Shown: positions 32,201 through 41,915, counted from the first letter of the stretch. The stretch: 64,000 bases of DNA from an uncultured candidate division Zixibacteria bacterium (GCA_963713865.1 OY970208.1:768001-832000); one strand, 5' to 3'. Translations and numbers: made by a program. The notes: generated by a model from the letters alone, not told the origin.

Positions 32201-32365
32201 AGCCGGGTATCCATGGGAATCGTAATCATCGGCGGGCTTCTGTTTTCTCTTGGGTTGACACTGTTTATCATACCGGCACTTTATACCTATCTCTCGAGCC
32301 GAAAAAGACATATTGAAGTTTCGGAAGTAAAGGCGGTCGAGCCGGAAAGTGCCCAGGTAAATTAG
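29273..32365 (+). CDS. RND efflux permease (AcrB/MdtB family)
   Basis: 1030 aa; GIVVDDAIVVLENI, KNGILIVEFA, RFRPILMT. Confidence 0.97.
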   Translation: MNLPSICINRPVLSIVLSLLIVLFGVIGYTYLGVREYPNVDPPVVTVSTSYTGANADVIESQVTEPLEESINGIAGIRSLTSSSSDGRSRITVEFELGIDMEAAANDVRDKVSRAIHDLPPDIDPPTVSKADADASPIVSITVQSDKRSLLELSALANDLFKERLQTIPGVSEVGIWGEKRYAIKLLIDPARLASQGLTPLDVKNALDRENVELPSGRIEGYNTELPIRTFGRLSTPEEFNQLIIKEANGSVVRLRDVGRAVLTAENERSIMLGNGSIPMVAVVLVPQSGSNQIAIANAFYSRLEQIKKDLPEDIKVTIAMDSTRNIRKAISEVIETLLIAFILVLLVIFIFLRHWRTTIIPMLAIPISLIGAFFIMYIAGFSINILTLLAIVLSTGIVVDDAIVVLENIYKRIEKGMNPLEAGFQGSKEIYFAIISTTITLASVFLPIMFLQGLTGRLFREFGVVVAGAVLISAFVSLTLTPMMSARILHKTKHENKLFKLSEKWFNRLISGYHQTLRRFISRRWLALVIMAASVAIIFGLGSLLRSELAPMEDKSRLMVSSTAPEGTSYEAMYDYMGKIMAIVDTLPEKDVIISVTGGGMGGGSNSGFVMVGLVSPDARKRSQQEIADALTRELKNYTFARTYVTQEQTIGGGRGRGLPVQYVIQSPTLEKLKEVLPRFMDKVQNDPVFQVADLDLKFNKPELTVEIDRERARALGVTVRDIAQTLQLYFSGQQYGNFVMNGKQYYVIAQADRADRDEPLDLNSLYVRNSRGELVQLDNIVKLSYRSNPPQLYHFNRYVAATVLASTAKGYTLGDGIKEMDKIASSTLDESFSTSLAGTAKEYVESSNTLVFAFLLALILVYLILSAQFESFRDPLIIMFTVPLALAGAILSLWLFGQTLNIFSQIGIIALVGIVTKNGILIVEFANQRRAKGLSIREAVIDAASQRFRPILMTSLATVFGILPIALGLGAAAKSRVSMGIVIIGGLLFSLGLTLFIIPALYTYLSSRKRHIEVSEVKAVEPESAQVN

Positions 32366-32661
32366 ATAAGCTCATAGAAAAACGGGGTTACTCACCAAGA
32401 TCAACAGCCAATTTATTGCTGATATAATCCAGAAGCAGGAGCATTACGGAAATATTTATATGGGTCTAAGAGGTTGTTAATCAATAAATACAAATAAAAA
32501 CGTGCTGCACTTCATGCACCCGGATCAGCGCGAAGTACCATCGTCTGCATGCCATCCTCAAGCCGCGGGTATTAGTTTTTGACCTGTGCTTGCCTACAGA
32601 TTACGATTCATTGGTCGATAATTAAATAAAAGAACCAGGCAATTCATATTAGGGGGGAAGT

Positions 32662-33105
32662 ATGTTCACCAGATGGTCAGATCAGTTGCTTACAGGCAAT
32701 GAAATCATAGACAAGCAGCACAAAGAGATTTTCGAGCTCGCTGCCCAATTGATTGAATCTGAGAAAACTGTCAAAATCGAGTTGGAGTCGAATAGAATCC
32801 TCGAGTATCTTGAGGATTATTGTGATAGACATTTCTCCGCCGAAGAAGCGCTTCAAATAAAGTGCGGGTACCCGGGGTATGAGGCGCATAAAAAGATGCA
32901 CGAAAGTTTCCGCGAAGAGCTGGTGGAATTAAAGCACAGATTTATCACATTCGGTGCCAGTTATACGCTGGCAGTTGAGACTATAGTCTTCATGCTCGAA
33001 TGGCTTGCAAATCATATTAACAAATCGGACAAGGTACTTGCCGCATACATTCGAAACATTAAGTCAGACAAATCCACGTCCGTATCTCGTTCTGTAAGTT
33101 CGTAA
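32662..33105 (+). CDS. Bacteriohemerythrin
   Basis: IDKQH, HFSAEE, HKKMH, WLANHI..D iron ligands. Confidence 0.93.
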   Translation: MFTRWSDQLLTGNEIIDKQHKEIFELAAQLIESEKTVKIELESNRILEYLEDYCDRHFSAEEALQIKCGYPGYEAHKKMHESFREELVELKHRFITFGASYTLAVETIVFMLEWLANHINKSDKVLAAYIRNIKSDKSTSVSRSVSS

Positions 33106-33169
33106 TCCAGTGAGTGGTTTAATAGCTGGTAGGTCAGGAGCCTCATGCTCCTGGCACTTTTATTTGTCT

Positions 33170-33315
33170 GTATTTTTAGAAGCTCGAGCAGCTTGTACAT
33201 CAGTACTGCTGGCCAAAAAAGAGCTTTGAAAATACCAAGCACCGCAGCCCAGAACGAGGTCACATGCTGGATGTAATAGACCATCCCGCCGATGAAAGCC
33301 ATCCCATAGATACCA
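33170..33315 (-). pseudogene. 5'-truncated duplicate of the small membrane protein at 34110-34280
   Basis: GIYGMAFIGGMVYYIQH...KLLELLK nearly identical to the intact copy; begins at a REP doublet. Confidence 0.75.
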
Positions 33316-33392
33316 TTTTATCAGTTCACTAAAGTGAACTGCAAATGATTTTCTTAATTTTATCTATTCCAGTTGCTTTTAAGCAACTGACA
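33316..33392 (+). repeat. REP doublet flanking the Y1 transposase
   Basis: Two palindromes; further copies at 33921-33993, 34021-34093 and 1538-1614. Confidence 0.9.
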
Positions 33393-33427
33393 AAATCTGT
33401 TTTTCTATCTATCCGGCTTTAGCCACA

Positions 33428-33868
33428 TTATTTTTGTCTTATCAAAGTCCATCCATACTTTTCCATAAACTCATTTACCTCATCCGCAAAAGATTTCTTA
33501 ATGTGATGTTTTTCCTGCTTAAGTATGTAATCTCTCACTGACTTCAAATGGCTTTCGCTGATACTCACGGCCCAGTAATCGTCCTGCCAGATAAACTTTG
33601 TATCTGCTAATCTGGCTTGGTTTATCCAGAATGATGATTCACCTTTTATCAGTTGAGCAACTTTACTGATAGTTTGATCTTTGTTGAGGGATAATAGGCA
33701 GTGAGCATGGTCGTGATAGCCATTTATGCAATCCAGCCAAATTCCTTTTTCTTCAGCATTTTGTTTGATGTGTTGAAACACTTTTTTTCTTATTTCCGCT
33801 GTTTGAAGAAATGGCTCTTTATTCTTGGTGGAGAAGACAAGATGTACCCATACTCTTACCCAGCTCAT
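33428..33868 (-). mobile_element. tnpA: IS200/IS605-type Y1 HuH transposase (RAYT-like, REP-flanked)
   Basis: HLVFSTK, DHAH, KGESS, WQDDY, YI; GGCTTTAGCCAC/GTGGCTAAAGCC inverted ends. Confidence 0.92.
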
Positions 33869-33920
33869 AATTTTATGTTAAGTTTTATGTGGCTAAAGCC
33901 AATCAATTTGTATATCTTCC

Positions 33921-34093
33921 TATCAGTTCGCTGAAGCGAACTGCAAGTGATTTTCTTAATTTTATCTATTCCAATTACTTTCAAGCAACTGACTTTACCA
34001 ATCAGTTTATATTTTCTTCAATCAGTTCGCTGAAGCGAACTGCAATTGATCTCTCTGATCTCATATATTCCCGTTGCTTTTAAGCAACTGACA
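33921..34093 (+). repeat. Two tandem REP doublets upstream of tnpA
   Basis: ATCAGTTCGCTGAAGCGAACTGCAA...AAGCAACTGAC units about 100 bp apart. Confidence 0.88.
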
Positions 34094-34109
34094 AGACTCT
34101 TTTATTTAT

Positions 34110-34331
34110 CTACATTTTCAGGAGCTCAAGCAGTTTGTACATAAGTACTGCCGGCCAAAAAAGGGCTTTGAAGATACCAAGCACCCCAGCCAGGAATGTG
34201 GTCGCATGCTGGATGTAATAGACCACCCCGCCAATGAAAGCCATCCCATAGATGCCGCCCCAAATACCTTTGTTATCCATACGTTTACTCCTTTTATCTT
34301 CATGCGAGGTCAAATTGCGGTTATTAGTCAT
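34110..34331 (-). CDS. Small two-TM hypothetical protein (likely start at MDNKG, about 34280)
   Basis: RBS AGGAG before MDNKG; duplicated downstream. Confidence 0.75.
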   Translation of the reverse strand: MTNNRNLTSHEDKRSKRMDNKGIWGGIYGMAFIGGVVYYIQHATTFLAGVLGIFKALFWPAVLMYKLLELLKM

Positions 34332-34413
34332 TTTGTCTTCCTGAATTGGTAGGTCAAGAACCTCGTGCTCCTGACCTACGAGACTACACGAAGTTCCATA
34401 GCCCTCCAGCGCT

Positions 34414-34511
34414 GCCTAACGCAATTTTAACGGGTGCTGTGCCGCCACAAGTTATTGTCCGATTTATAAATCATTAGGCGCGGCAGCATCCCGTTCAAAA
34501 TAATGTTATAC
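34414..34511 (-). mobile_element. Integron attC site
   Basis: Minus strand GTATAAC..TTTTGAACGGGATGCTGCCGC...GCACAGCACCCGTTAAAAT..GTTAGGC; GTATAAC is complementary to GTTATAC at 35333-35339. Confidence 0.85.
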
Positions 34512-34522
34512 GTAACTTATTG

Positions 34523-34708
34523 TTACCTACCACAACACGGGCATACACTGCTTGTTGGCCCAAGACTTTTTTGAATAGATTCAACTAATGGCTTACGATC
34601 ATCATATTCTCCCTTTTCAAAATTTTCGATAAATTCACGAACTTGCTTACGCCCATCATAATCAAGTTCAGAATAACCTTTGATTACATAATAAATTTTC
34701 TTGTCCAT
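34523..34708 (-). CDS. Small protein with C-terminal CPCCGR motif (cassette gene 2)
   Basis: RBS AGGAG; ends SLGP..VCPCCGR immediately before attC. Confidence 0.75.
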   Translation of the reverse strand: MDKKIYYVIKGYSELDYDGRKQVREFIENFEKGEYDDRKPLVESIQKSLGPTSSVCPCCGR

Positions 34709-35306
34709 CTTTTTACTCCTTTTTTTAATTCGCTTTCAAATTTACCACAAACATCACAATCTGTTGATTCCATTGACAAGGGGGTCATATTACAACCAAC
34801 ACATTCTCTTTTAAATTGTCTTAAAGCATATCTCATACCTCTACGTAATTCCCATTCCTTTATTGAATGCTTAGCATCTTGTTCACTCCTTGATTGGTAT
34901 CTTGCGTCAAGTATATCAATATTTTTTTCCAAAATTTCTTTATCCTCTGGTGGAATATTACCTAATTTATTAAAAGAGTTTGAGAGATTATTATAATCTT
35001 GAGAAGCTTCATATGAATAAGCTAATTCATCATCCCATTTGAATATAACAGCCAATACTGAAAAATAAGTTGAATTAATAAAAGTGGTATAGCTATATTA
35101 ATAATAGATTTTAGTATTTCCGAATCAATACCATAGCCCATAGCAGTTGCACCGACTGAAACAGGCGTTACAATGCCAAATACTTTTAATAAATTTATAT
35201 ATTTTGAAAATTGTTCTGCTCGTTTATCAAAAATAAATCCTTTGCCAAAAGTATGAAAGGAATCTTCCCATGCTTCTTAACGAAGTTTATTAAATTTATC
35301 TTCCAT
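34684..35306 (-). pseudogene. Two-TM protein with C-terminal CxxC-x11-CxxC (mobilome CxxCx(11)CxxC / SLATT-like); nonsense codon near 35278 and frameshift near 35062
   Basis: ATG 35306 MEDKFNKLR*EAW...GIVTPVSVGATAMGYG...IQLIF then frame change to AVIFKWDD...CVGC-x11-CDVC. Confidence 0.75.
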
Positions 35307-35332
35307 AATTACCTCATTTAATGATTAATAAC

Positions 35333-35394
35333 GTATAACTTCTGTTTATATGGTTTCCAGATAAATCCGCTTGCCGGTTTTGTTTCCAGATAAA
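35333..35394 (-). mobile_element. Putative attI site of integron remnant 2
   Basis: GTTATAC core preceded by direct repeats TTTATCTGGAAAC; same layout as 27182-27250. Confidence 0.6.
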
Positions 35395-35503
35395 ACGATT
35401 TGTGTAGAGTTGCATAAGTATCCTGTAATCAACGGCTTGGGCAAATCTTGGGCTTCATTTTGCGTCTTATATGGTTTCAGCATAATATGTATCCGCTCCT
35501 TCC

Positions 35504-35551
35504 TCAGAGGCTATCCACCGGGCTTTTCACGCCCCGACCTCCACGATTCAG
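35504..35551 (-). pseudogene. intI: C-terminal tail of a second integron integrase
   Basis: Minus strand encodes LNRGGRGVKSPVDSL*, the IntI C-terminal signature; cut at a REP element. Confidence 0.75.
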
Positions 35552-35638
35552 TTGGTAGGTCAAAAGTCCCGTGCTCCAGAATAACTACTACCACACGAGC
35601 GCATCTACCATAACGAGAAATAAGTTGCAATTTGCATG

Positions 35639-37315
35639 TCAGAGCAAATCAGGTTGACTTGTATTTTTGCTTTCCCTTTTTGCTTTTTTGAAAGTTAACC
35701 CACCGCGTGATAGATCGGGGTACAATGGCGTCTCTTTACCTGACAACAAACCCTCAATCGACAATATTTGGATCTTTGGAAATGCTCCGTGTGCCGGAGA
35801 CTCATAAAAGCCTGCGCTTGTGGCTTCAACTATCATTGGTTTTGTGGGAGGAGCCAACGTCACAAACAATCCTATTTGTGCCTTTTCACGTTCAACCGTA
35901 TTTTTCAAATCTGCTATCATTGTTCGTGTGACGTTTTCACCGCTTTTGACCGATACGATAATCTTCTTCGCCTCTCCTTTGTCATCCTGAAAATATATGA
36001 TGCCGTCAATGCCAGTGTCTGCCCCTTTTTTCTTACCCTTGTAGGGTTGAGCATTAACTAAAGCACACGCCCACCACTGAAACTCATACTTGTTTCGTTC
36101 AGCCAACTCTTTTGCACCGTCGAAATCTTTTGGTGTTCCAAAGACTTCAAAGGTTATGGAAGGAAATGCACTCTTAAGTCGCTTTTCAATAAGGCTGATA
36201 GCGAGATGCGTAATGTCAATTCCAATCCAGTCACGTCCAAGCTTCTGGGCAGCATGCACTGCTGTGCCGCAACCGCAAAACGGGTCAAGCACAAGTTCAC
36301 CTGGATTGCTACTGGCACTGATGATTCGTTCCAACAAGGCGAGCGGTTTTTGAGTGGGATAACCAAGTCGCTCGGCGGCTTGGGAGTTGATAGGAGGAAT
36401 ATCAGTAATTACGTCCTGAATTGGCATTCCCTCAGACAAATAATGTTTGTACTCAGGAGTTCCCAACCTACCTCCACGCTTTTCAGGAAATCTAATGTAC
36501 CCGTGTTGATCTAATAAATCAAGTTGTTGCTGGGTAGTCATCCCTTCAGGAAGGTTATCCCCCAATATGGGGAGTAATAGTTTTTGAGGAACTGCCCAAT
36601 GTCTCCCGATTGAACCTGGATCATAGCCTCGCCAAGATTTTCCAGAATCGCCGCTAGTGGTTCCTGGTGCAGTTAGCACTACCAACCGATAACGGCCTCG
36701 GTTATCTTGGTAGCGGTATTTGCTGTCAAGGTAGGTCTCAGTATGAGCCTGCTTTGGTTTAGTCCAGATGTAACTATCTGATTTTGAATAAAAAAACAAG
36801 ATGTCATGTACATCACCCCACTTATCAGGTGAACCATGAGCAAAAGTACGTTTCCATACAATCTCGTTCCGAAAGTTTTGCGCCCCAAAAACCGTATCCA
36901 GTACAATCTTGAGGTAATGGCTGGTCGTTGGGTCACAATGTAAATAGAGACTCCCTGATGGCTTGAGAACGCGGTGCAACTCTTCCAGCCGATTAGCCAT
37001 CATAGTGAGATAGGCCATAACGTCGTTCTCACCCAAAAATCGGCGAAGTGCCTGCACTGTCTCTGCTATGTTGGTATTCGGCTGATGTAAAAGTTCCGCA
37101 AACTCTCTCTCGGCTTGGTCACCCCAGTGCCACGTATCTTCAAAAGCTGTTATCTGCGCATCAGATACATGACCCTTAGGTGTTTTGAATAACAAGTTGT
37201 AGGCACGCTTGCTGTTGAAAGGTGGGTCGAGATAAATCAAATCCACGCTTTCATCTTTGATATGTTCGCGCAAGATGTTAAGGTTATCACCAAAGTAGAG
37301 TGTACCCATATTCAC
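35639..37315 (-). CDS. Beta-class amino DNA methyltransferase fused to a C-terminal Mrr-like endonuclease domain
   Basis: YLDPPFN, YPTQKP, LDPFCGCGT; C-terminal GADTGIDG...VSVKSG. Confidence 0.88.
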   Translation of the reverse strand: MNMGTLYFGDNLNILREHIKDESVDLIYLDPPFNSKRAYNLLFKTPKGHVSDAQITAFEDTWHWGDQAEREFAELLHQPNTNIAETVQALRRFLGENDVMAYLTMMANRLEELHRVLKPSGSLYLHCDPTTSHYLKIVLDTVFGAQNFRNEIVWKRTFAHGSPDKWGDVHDILFFYSKSDSYIWTKPKQAHTETYLDSKYRYQDNRGRYRLVVLTAPGTTSGDSGKSWRGYDPGSIGRHWAVPQKLLLPILGDNLPEGMTTQQQLDLLDQHGYIRFPEKRGGRLGTPEYKHYLSEGMPIQDVITDIPPINSQAAERLGYPTQKPLALLERIISASSNPGELVLDPFCGCGTAVHAAQKLGRDWIGIDITHLAISLIEKRLKSAFPSITFEVFGTPKDFDGAKELAERNKYEFQWWACALVNAQPYKGKKKGADTGIDGIIYFQDDKGEAKKIIVSVKSGENVTRTMIADLKNTVEREKAQIGLFVTLAPPTKPMIVEATSAGFYESPAHGAFPKIQILSIEGLLSGKETPLYPDLSRGGLTFKKAKRESKNTSQPDLL

Positions 37316-37433
37316 CGTTAAATTCGCTCGTTTCGCGAGCGCATCTCACTATTGATTATATGGTTTGCGTATAAAAATCTTTATCTAGCTTGACACCAGC
37401 CAAAGACACCCAACCATATCATCCGTATCATTC

Positions 37434-37590
37434 ACTCCCCAAACCGAGACACCCCAGCATATATTTATTGCCACCGATTTCTGGGGAACTCTATTCTATT
37501 CATTTAGGGCATTATAATCATTTATGCAACCATGTCAAGTATCTTTTTGGGGAATGTCCCCAATGAGATTTGAACTCGAGTCTACAAAAA
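37434..37590 (-). repeat. Second copy of the 157-bp promoter module, including a degenerate tRNA 3'-arm-like sequence
   Basis: TTGACA-16-TATAAT at 37511-37538 (minus); GAGTTCAAATCTC T-arm-like sequence in 37556-37585. Confidence 0.88.
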
Positions 37591-37694
37591 CTAAAAACGA
37601 ATGGGTAGGACAGTATCAGGAGCGCGGGGCTCCTGACCTACAAACTATGAACTTTGAACCACAAACCCTGAACCGACTTTTAAAACAGGTCTGG

Positions 37695-38899
37695 TTATAA
37701 CTTCACCAATTCCACCCGACGGTTGTTTGCCTTTCCCTCCGGGGTATTGTTCGTATCGATCGGCTTCGATTCGCCCCAGCCCTTGGATTCGAGGCGTTCA
37801 GCAGCAATCTTGTAGTTTCCGATAAGATAGTTCCTCACCGATGCCGCTCGATTTTGCGACAAGGTCAGGTTGTATTCGTCAGCCCCGTCGCTGTCCGTAT
37901 GCCCCTCGATGGACAAACGCAGAGCGGGATTATCGGTCAAAAGCGCGCCGATATCCGCCAGCGTCTTGTATGACTCACCCTTGATCTTGTCCGAGCCCGA
38001 ATCGAAGAGGATGCCGTGAGTGACGATCCGTCCCGCCTCATCCAGCTGCTGCTTTAGCGTTTTACCTCCCTCGGCGTAGCGGAACGTGCCGATCAGCATC
38101 GGATTGTTGGGCTCGTCCAGCCAGGGATCCATATAAACCCCGAAGTCCACCGGTTTGAAACCCTCGACGGCCGGGACGTTAGCTACACGCTCGTTGTCGA
38201 TGTAACACTTCATCGTGCTCTGCGTGGCCATGATGCGCATGGTGTGGATCCCCCCGAAAGCGGCGCGCTCAGCTCTTTGGAGGCAATGTCCTTATCCAAG
38301 AGCCTGAGGTTGGTTCTGAACTTATCCTGTATGTTGAAGTTGCCGATCTCCTGACCCTCACCGTTGTACCACTTGATGAAGAACCAATGACCCCTCGTAT
38401 CCCCCCCTTTAATGTAGAATTCCATTTCGATAGTGTACTTCGGCGGGAGAGGTCCGGTTGCGATCTTGGGGCGGATGGAACCCTTGTCCGTGCACAGGAT
38501 GTAGTTCTTGCCGCCTTGCTTGGCAATCTCGAAAACCCCCTCATCCAGCCTCCACCGGGAGGGGAACTCGCCCATTTCCTCGCTGGAGAAGTCGTCGTAG
38601 AAGATGACCTTGTCCCCGGGGACGAAGTCGTACTTGGTGTAAAGCGACATATCTTCTGAAGCTCCGGGAGCAGTCGGCTGTGCTTTCACCGTATCGGAGG
38701 CGGGCTTTTCGGCTGACTCTTTGTTAGCCTTGGAAGTATCCGAAGCTGTTTCTTCCTTCCCCTTGATTGTCTCCTCAACCTTCTTTTTCGCTTTTTCTTT
38801 TGCCTGGTCCTTGAGCTTCCCAAACTGTGCCGTGGCCGGGGACGACACAGCTATGAGAGCGAAGCAGAACAAGACAATTAAAGTAAATTTTGATTTCAT
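37695..38899 (-). pseudogene. Secreted OmpA-family protein split by a frameshift in a G6 run (38250-38255)
   Basis: Signal peptide, YDFVPGDKVIFYDDF; downstream frame gives IHTMRIM...EGHTDSDG...LSQNRA...NRRVE (OmpA-C). Confidence 0.85.
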
Positions 38900-39345
38900 A
38901 AAGCTCTCCTTTCTTCATCAAACCCAATGGGAAGTTATCTCTCTACCCATTAAGATGTTTAGTTTTTCACCTGTGGCTCAAAGCGAGCAGGTGGTTAGCT
39001 TTTTTTCCCAACTTTTAGTAGCTCATTTCCCATTTCGGGGTTATATAGAAATTTATATAAAAATATACAGACTTTTAACCTTGTCAAGCTTTTTTTGGTG
39101 AAGATTAGAGAAAGATAAGGTCAATTAATTTCTTGCATTCCGATTCGAGGCGATTTATATTATGACCGAGGCGGGTCCATATTACGCGCCGAGGTAGGCT
39201 CAATGACTCGCCGCTTACCAGACCCGACTGTTTCCTGGCTATGGTAAGCCAACTGAAATGTGTCTGGAAACAGCTGAAGCTTGGTGAGATTAAGTTCGAC
39301 CGTGGACACAGAATTCGAGTTACATATCATAAGGAGAGATAACCC

Positions 39346-41498
39346 ATGAAAATAACGAAGTACATGAATTGCGTGGCTGCTGGAATGCTTGTTGGCATTC
39401 TATGCTTCCAGGTGTCGGCACAGGTGCCCCGACCCCGAAACAACCTGTTGTGGACGTTTATTTCGGCAAACAGGTGACAGATAACTATCGCTGGTTGGAA
39501 AACATCAATGATAAACAAGTTCAAGATTGGTTCAAAGCTCAACATGATTACACTGACAGCATTCTTAGCCGCATACCTGGCCGCGACAGTCTCGTTCAGA
39601 TGTTGCTATACTACAATTCGCTCAAATCGGCGTCCTACAGCGGCATCACCCGCAAAGCGGGACGGTACTTCTACAAGAAAACCTTATCCAATGAGATCGT
39701 CGGCAAATTGTATTACCGTGAAGGTGAAACGGGCAAAGAAATCCTCCTTTATGATGCCGGCCTAGACAACAAGGGTCAGCCTCAATCCATCACTTTTTTC
39801 GTTCCAAGCGAAGATGGCAAGACAATTGCCTTCGGCACCGCAACTGGTGGAGCCGAGATTTCCACCATGTACATAATGAATGTGGACTCTAAAAAGCTCT
39901 ATCCCGAAAAGATCTATCCCACTTGGGGTGATTGCTCTTGGTCTCCGGATAGCAAAAGCTTAATTTACACGCCAATGAACTCCGGGGATAATACATCTAT
40001 GGATCTCCTGCTGGATACCCGCAGCATGTATCATGTTGTTGGTACGGACACGTCCGCAGACAAAGAATTGTTCTCCAGAAAGAAATACCCGGCGCTGGGC
40101 GCGGTACCTGAAGATTTGTGCGTCGTTAATTATACTGAAGACTATAAGTACATAATTGCCTACTTATACACAGTCTCCAACGACTTGAATTGCTTCTATG
40201 CCCCCGCGACGGAGCTTCTGAATCCTACGATCAATTGGAAGCGGCTCTTCAAGAAAGAGGACCATGTCACCGGCTTCATAGCCCGAGGAGATGATATATA
40301 TCTGCTCACGTATGCCAATGCCCCGCAATATAAAATACTGAAGACAAGCTTTGGGAATGTCGACGTCTCCACAGCTACCACTGTTATACCCGAAGGTAAA
40401 GATAAGATCGACAATATATCCCGATGCAAGGATTATTTGTATTATAAGACAACCGATGGCATAAACTCTCACCTTTATCGATACAGTCTCTACTCAGGCA
40501 AAATAGATGAAATTCCTCTGCCTTTTTCCGGTTCTGCTGGAGTGAGACCCTTCGATATCAAAACAAATGACGCTCTTGTTTTCGTTACCTCCTGGACAAG
40601 ACCCAGCACCGTTTTTGATTACGTTCCAGCAAAGAATGGGATTACCAAATCAGCGTTTAATACGGCGGCAGTTTACCCTGGGGTAGAGGATATTGTGGTG
40701 GAGGAGCTGGAGGTTCCCAGCCATGATGGTATTATGGTCCCACTCTCACTTATGTATAACAAACATCTCAAGAAGGATGGGTCGGCGGTCTGTTTCATGA
40801 CAGGGTATGGAGCGTATGGTTCTTCAGCTACCCCTTATTTCAGCATTCTCTCGCTAGCCCTCTTGAATAAAGGAGTCATTGTAGCGGAAACGCATCCCAG
40901 AGGCGGCAGCGAAAAAGGAGAGAATTGGTATAAGGCGGGATATAAGCTAACTAAGCCGAACACCTGGAAAGATTTCATAGCCTGCGGAGAGTATCTCGTA
41001 AAGAATAATTATACCAGTCCCCAGCACCTAATTGGAGAAGGAACAAGTGCTGGCGGCATATTGATTGGCCGAGCCATCACCAATCGCCCTGATCTGTTCG
41101 CGGCTGCTATCAGCAATGTGAGTAGTAGCAACGCCCTGCGCTTTGAAAACACACCTAATGGTCCAGATAATGCTCCCGAATTCGGTACTGTGAAAGACTC
41201 GGCCGAGTGCATGGCGCTATATGAAATGGACGCGTTCCAGCATGTCAAGGACGGAACTGCCTACCCGGCAGTGATCTGCGTCGGCGGAATGAACGACCCC
41301 CGGGTAAGTGCATGGGAACCTGGTAAATTTGCCGCGGCATTGCAGAACGCTACCTCCTCTGGAAAGCCGGTGCTGCTTAAGGTGAACTATGACAATGGAC
41401 ACTTTACAGAAGACAAGAAAGTTACATTTGGGAACTTTGCCTCAATGTATGCATTTGCCTTGTGGCAAGCGGGACACCCCGATTTTCAGCCCAGGTGA
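39346..41498 (+). pseudogene. Prolyl oligopeptidase (S9A), frameshift just after the signal peptide (about 39428)
   Basis: RBS AGGAG + ATG 39346 encodes MKIT...VSAQ in one frame; mature enzyme (DNYRWLE, GTSAGG, DPRV, GH) in another. Confidence 0.85.
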
Positions 41499-41915
41499 TT
41501 GATACCGATCGCTAACTACTGAACAAAAGTAGCTGTGTACGGGTTGCTCTTTGTTAAAAATGATTTCAAAATCCAGTCTTGACGACTGGAGCGTATTATA
41601 GGTACCAGGCAGAGCCAGAGGCCCGGAGTCCGTGGTCAAAGTGATTGGCGGCCGACTTGCCAGGAGTATGCTGGTGACAACAATTTTAGACTCGTGGGGG
41701 ATGAAAATAGACTCAATTGGTTTATTGCGGCCCCGACCTCACTCTCGGCAAGCTTTTGTAGCCTTCGAGTTCAATTTCCGATTGCACTATGCCAGAATCA
41801 ACGGAAGCCGGTAGAAAACAATCGAATAATTAGACGAAGCTCCATAGCGGTGTGACAGCCTATGCATGATAGGGGACGATACTGCGCTATTAGGGTAGTT
41901 TGCAAGTCCGTTTGG

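Noticed and set aside
29171-32311. Long antisense ORFs (up to 247 aa) over the RND gene
   Set aside because: Expected shadow frames of a GC-richer coding region; no motifs recognised
33316-34093. CRISPR array
   Set aside because: Units are paired palindromes whose spacers resemble each other, they flank a Y1 transposase, and no cas genes are present
37556-37585. Functional tRNA gene
   Set aside because: Only a T-arm/acceptor-like fragment; no D arm or anticodon arm can be built
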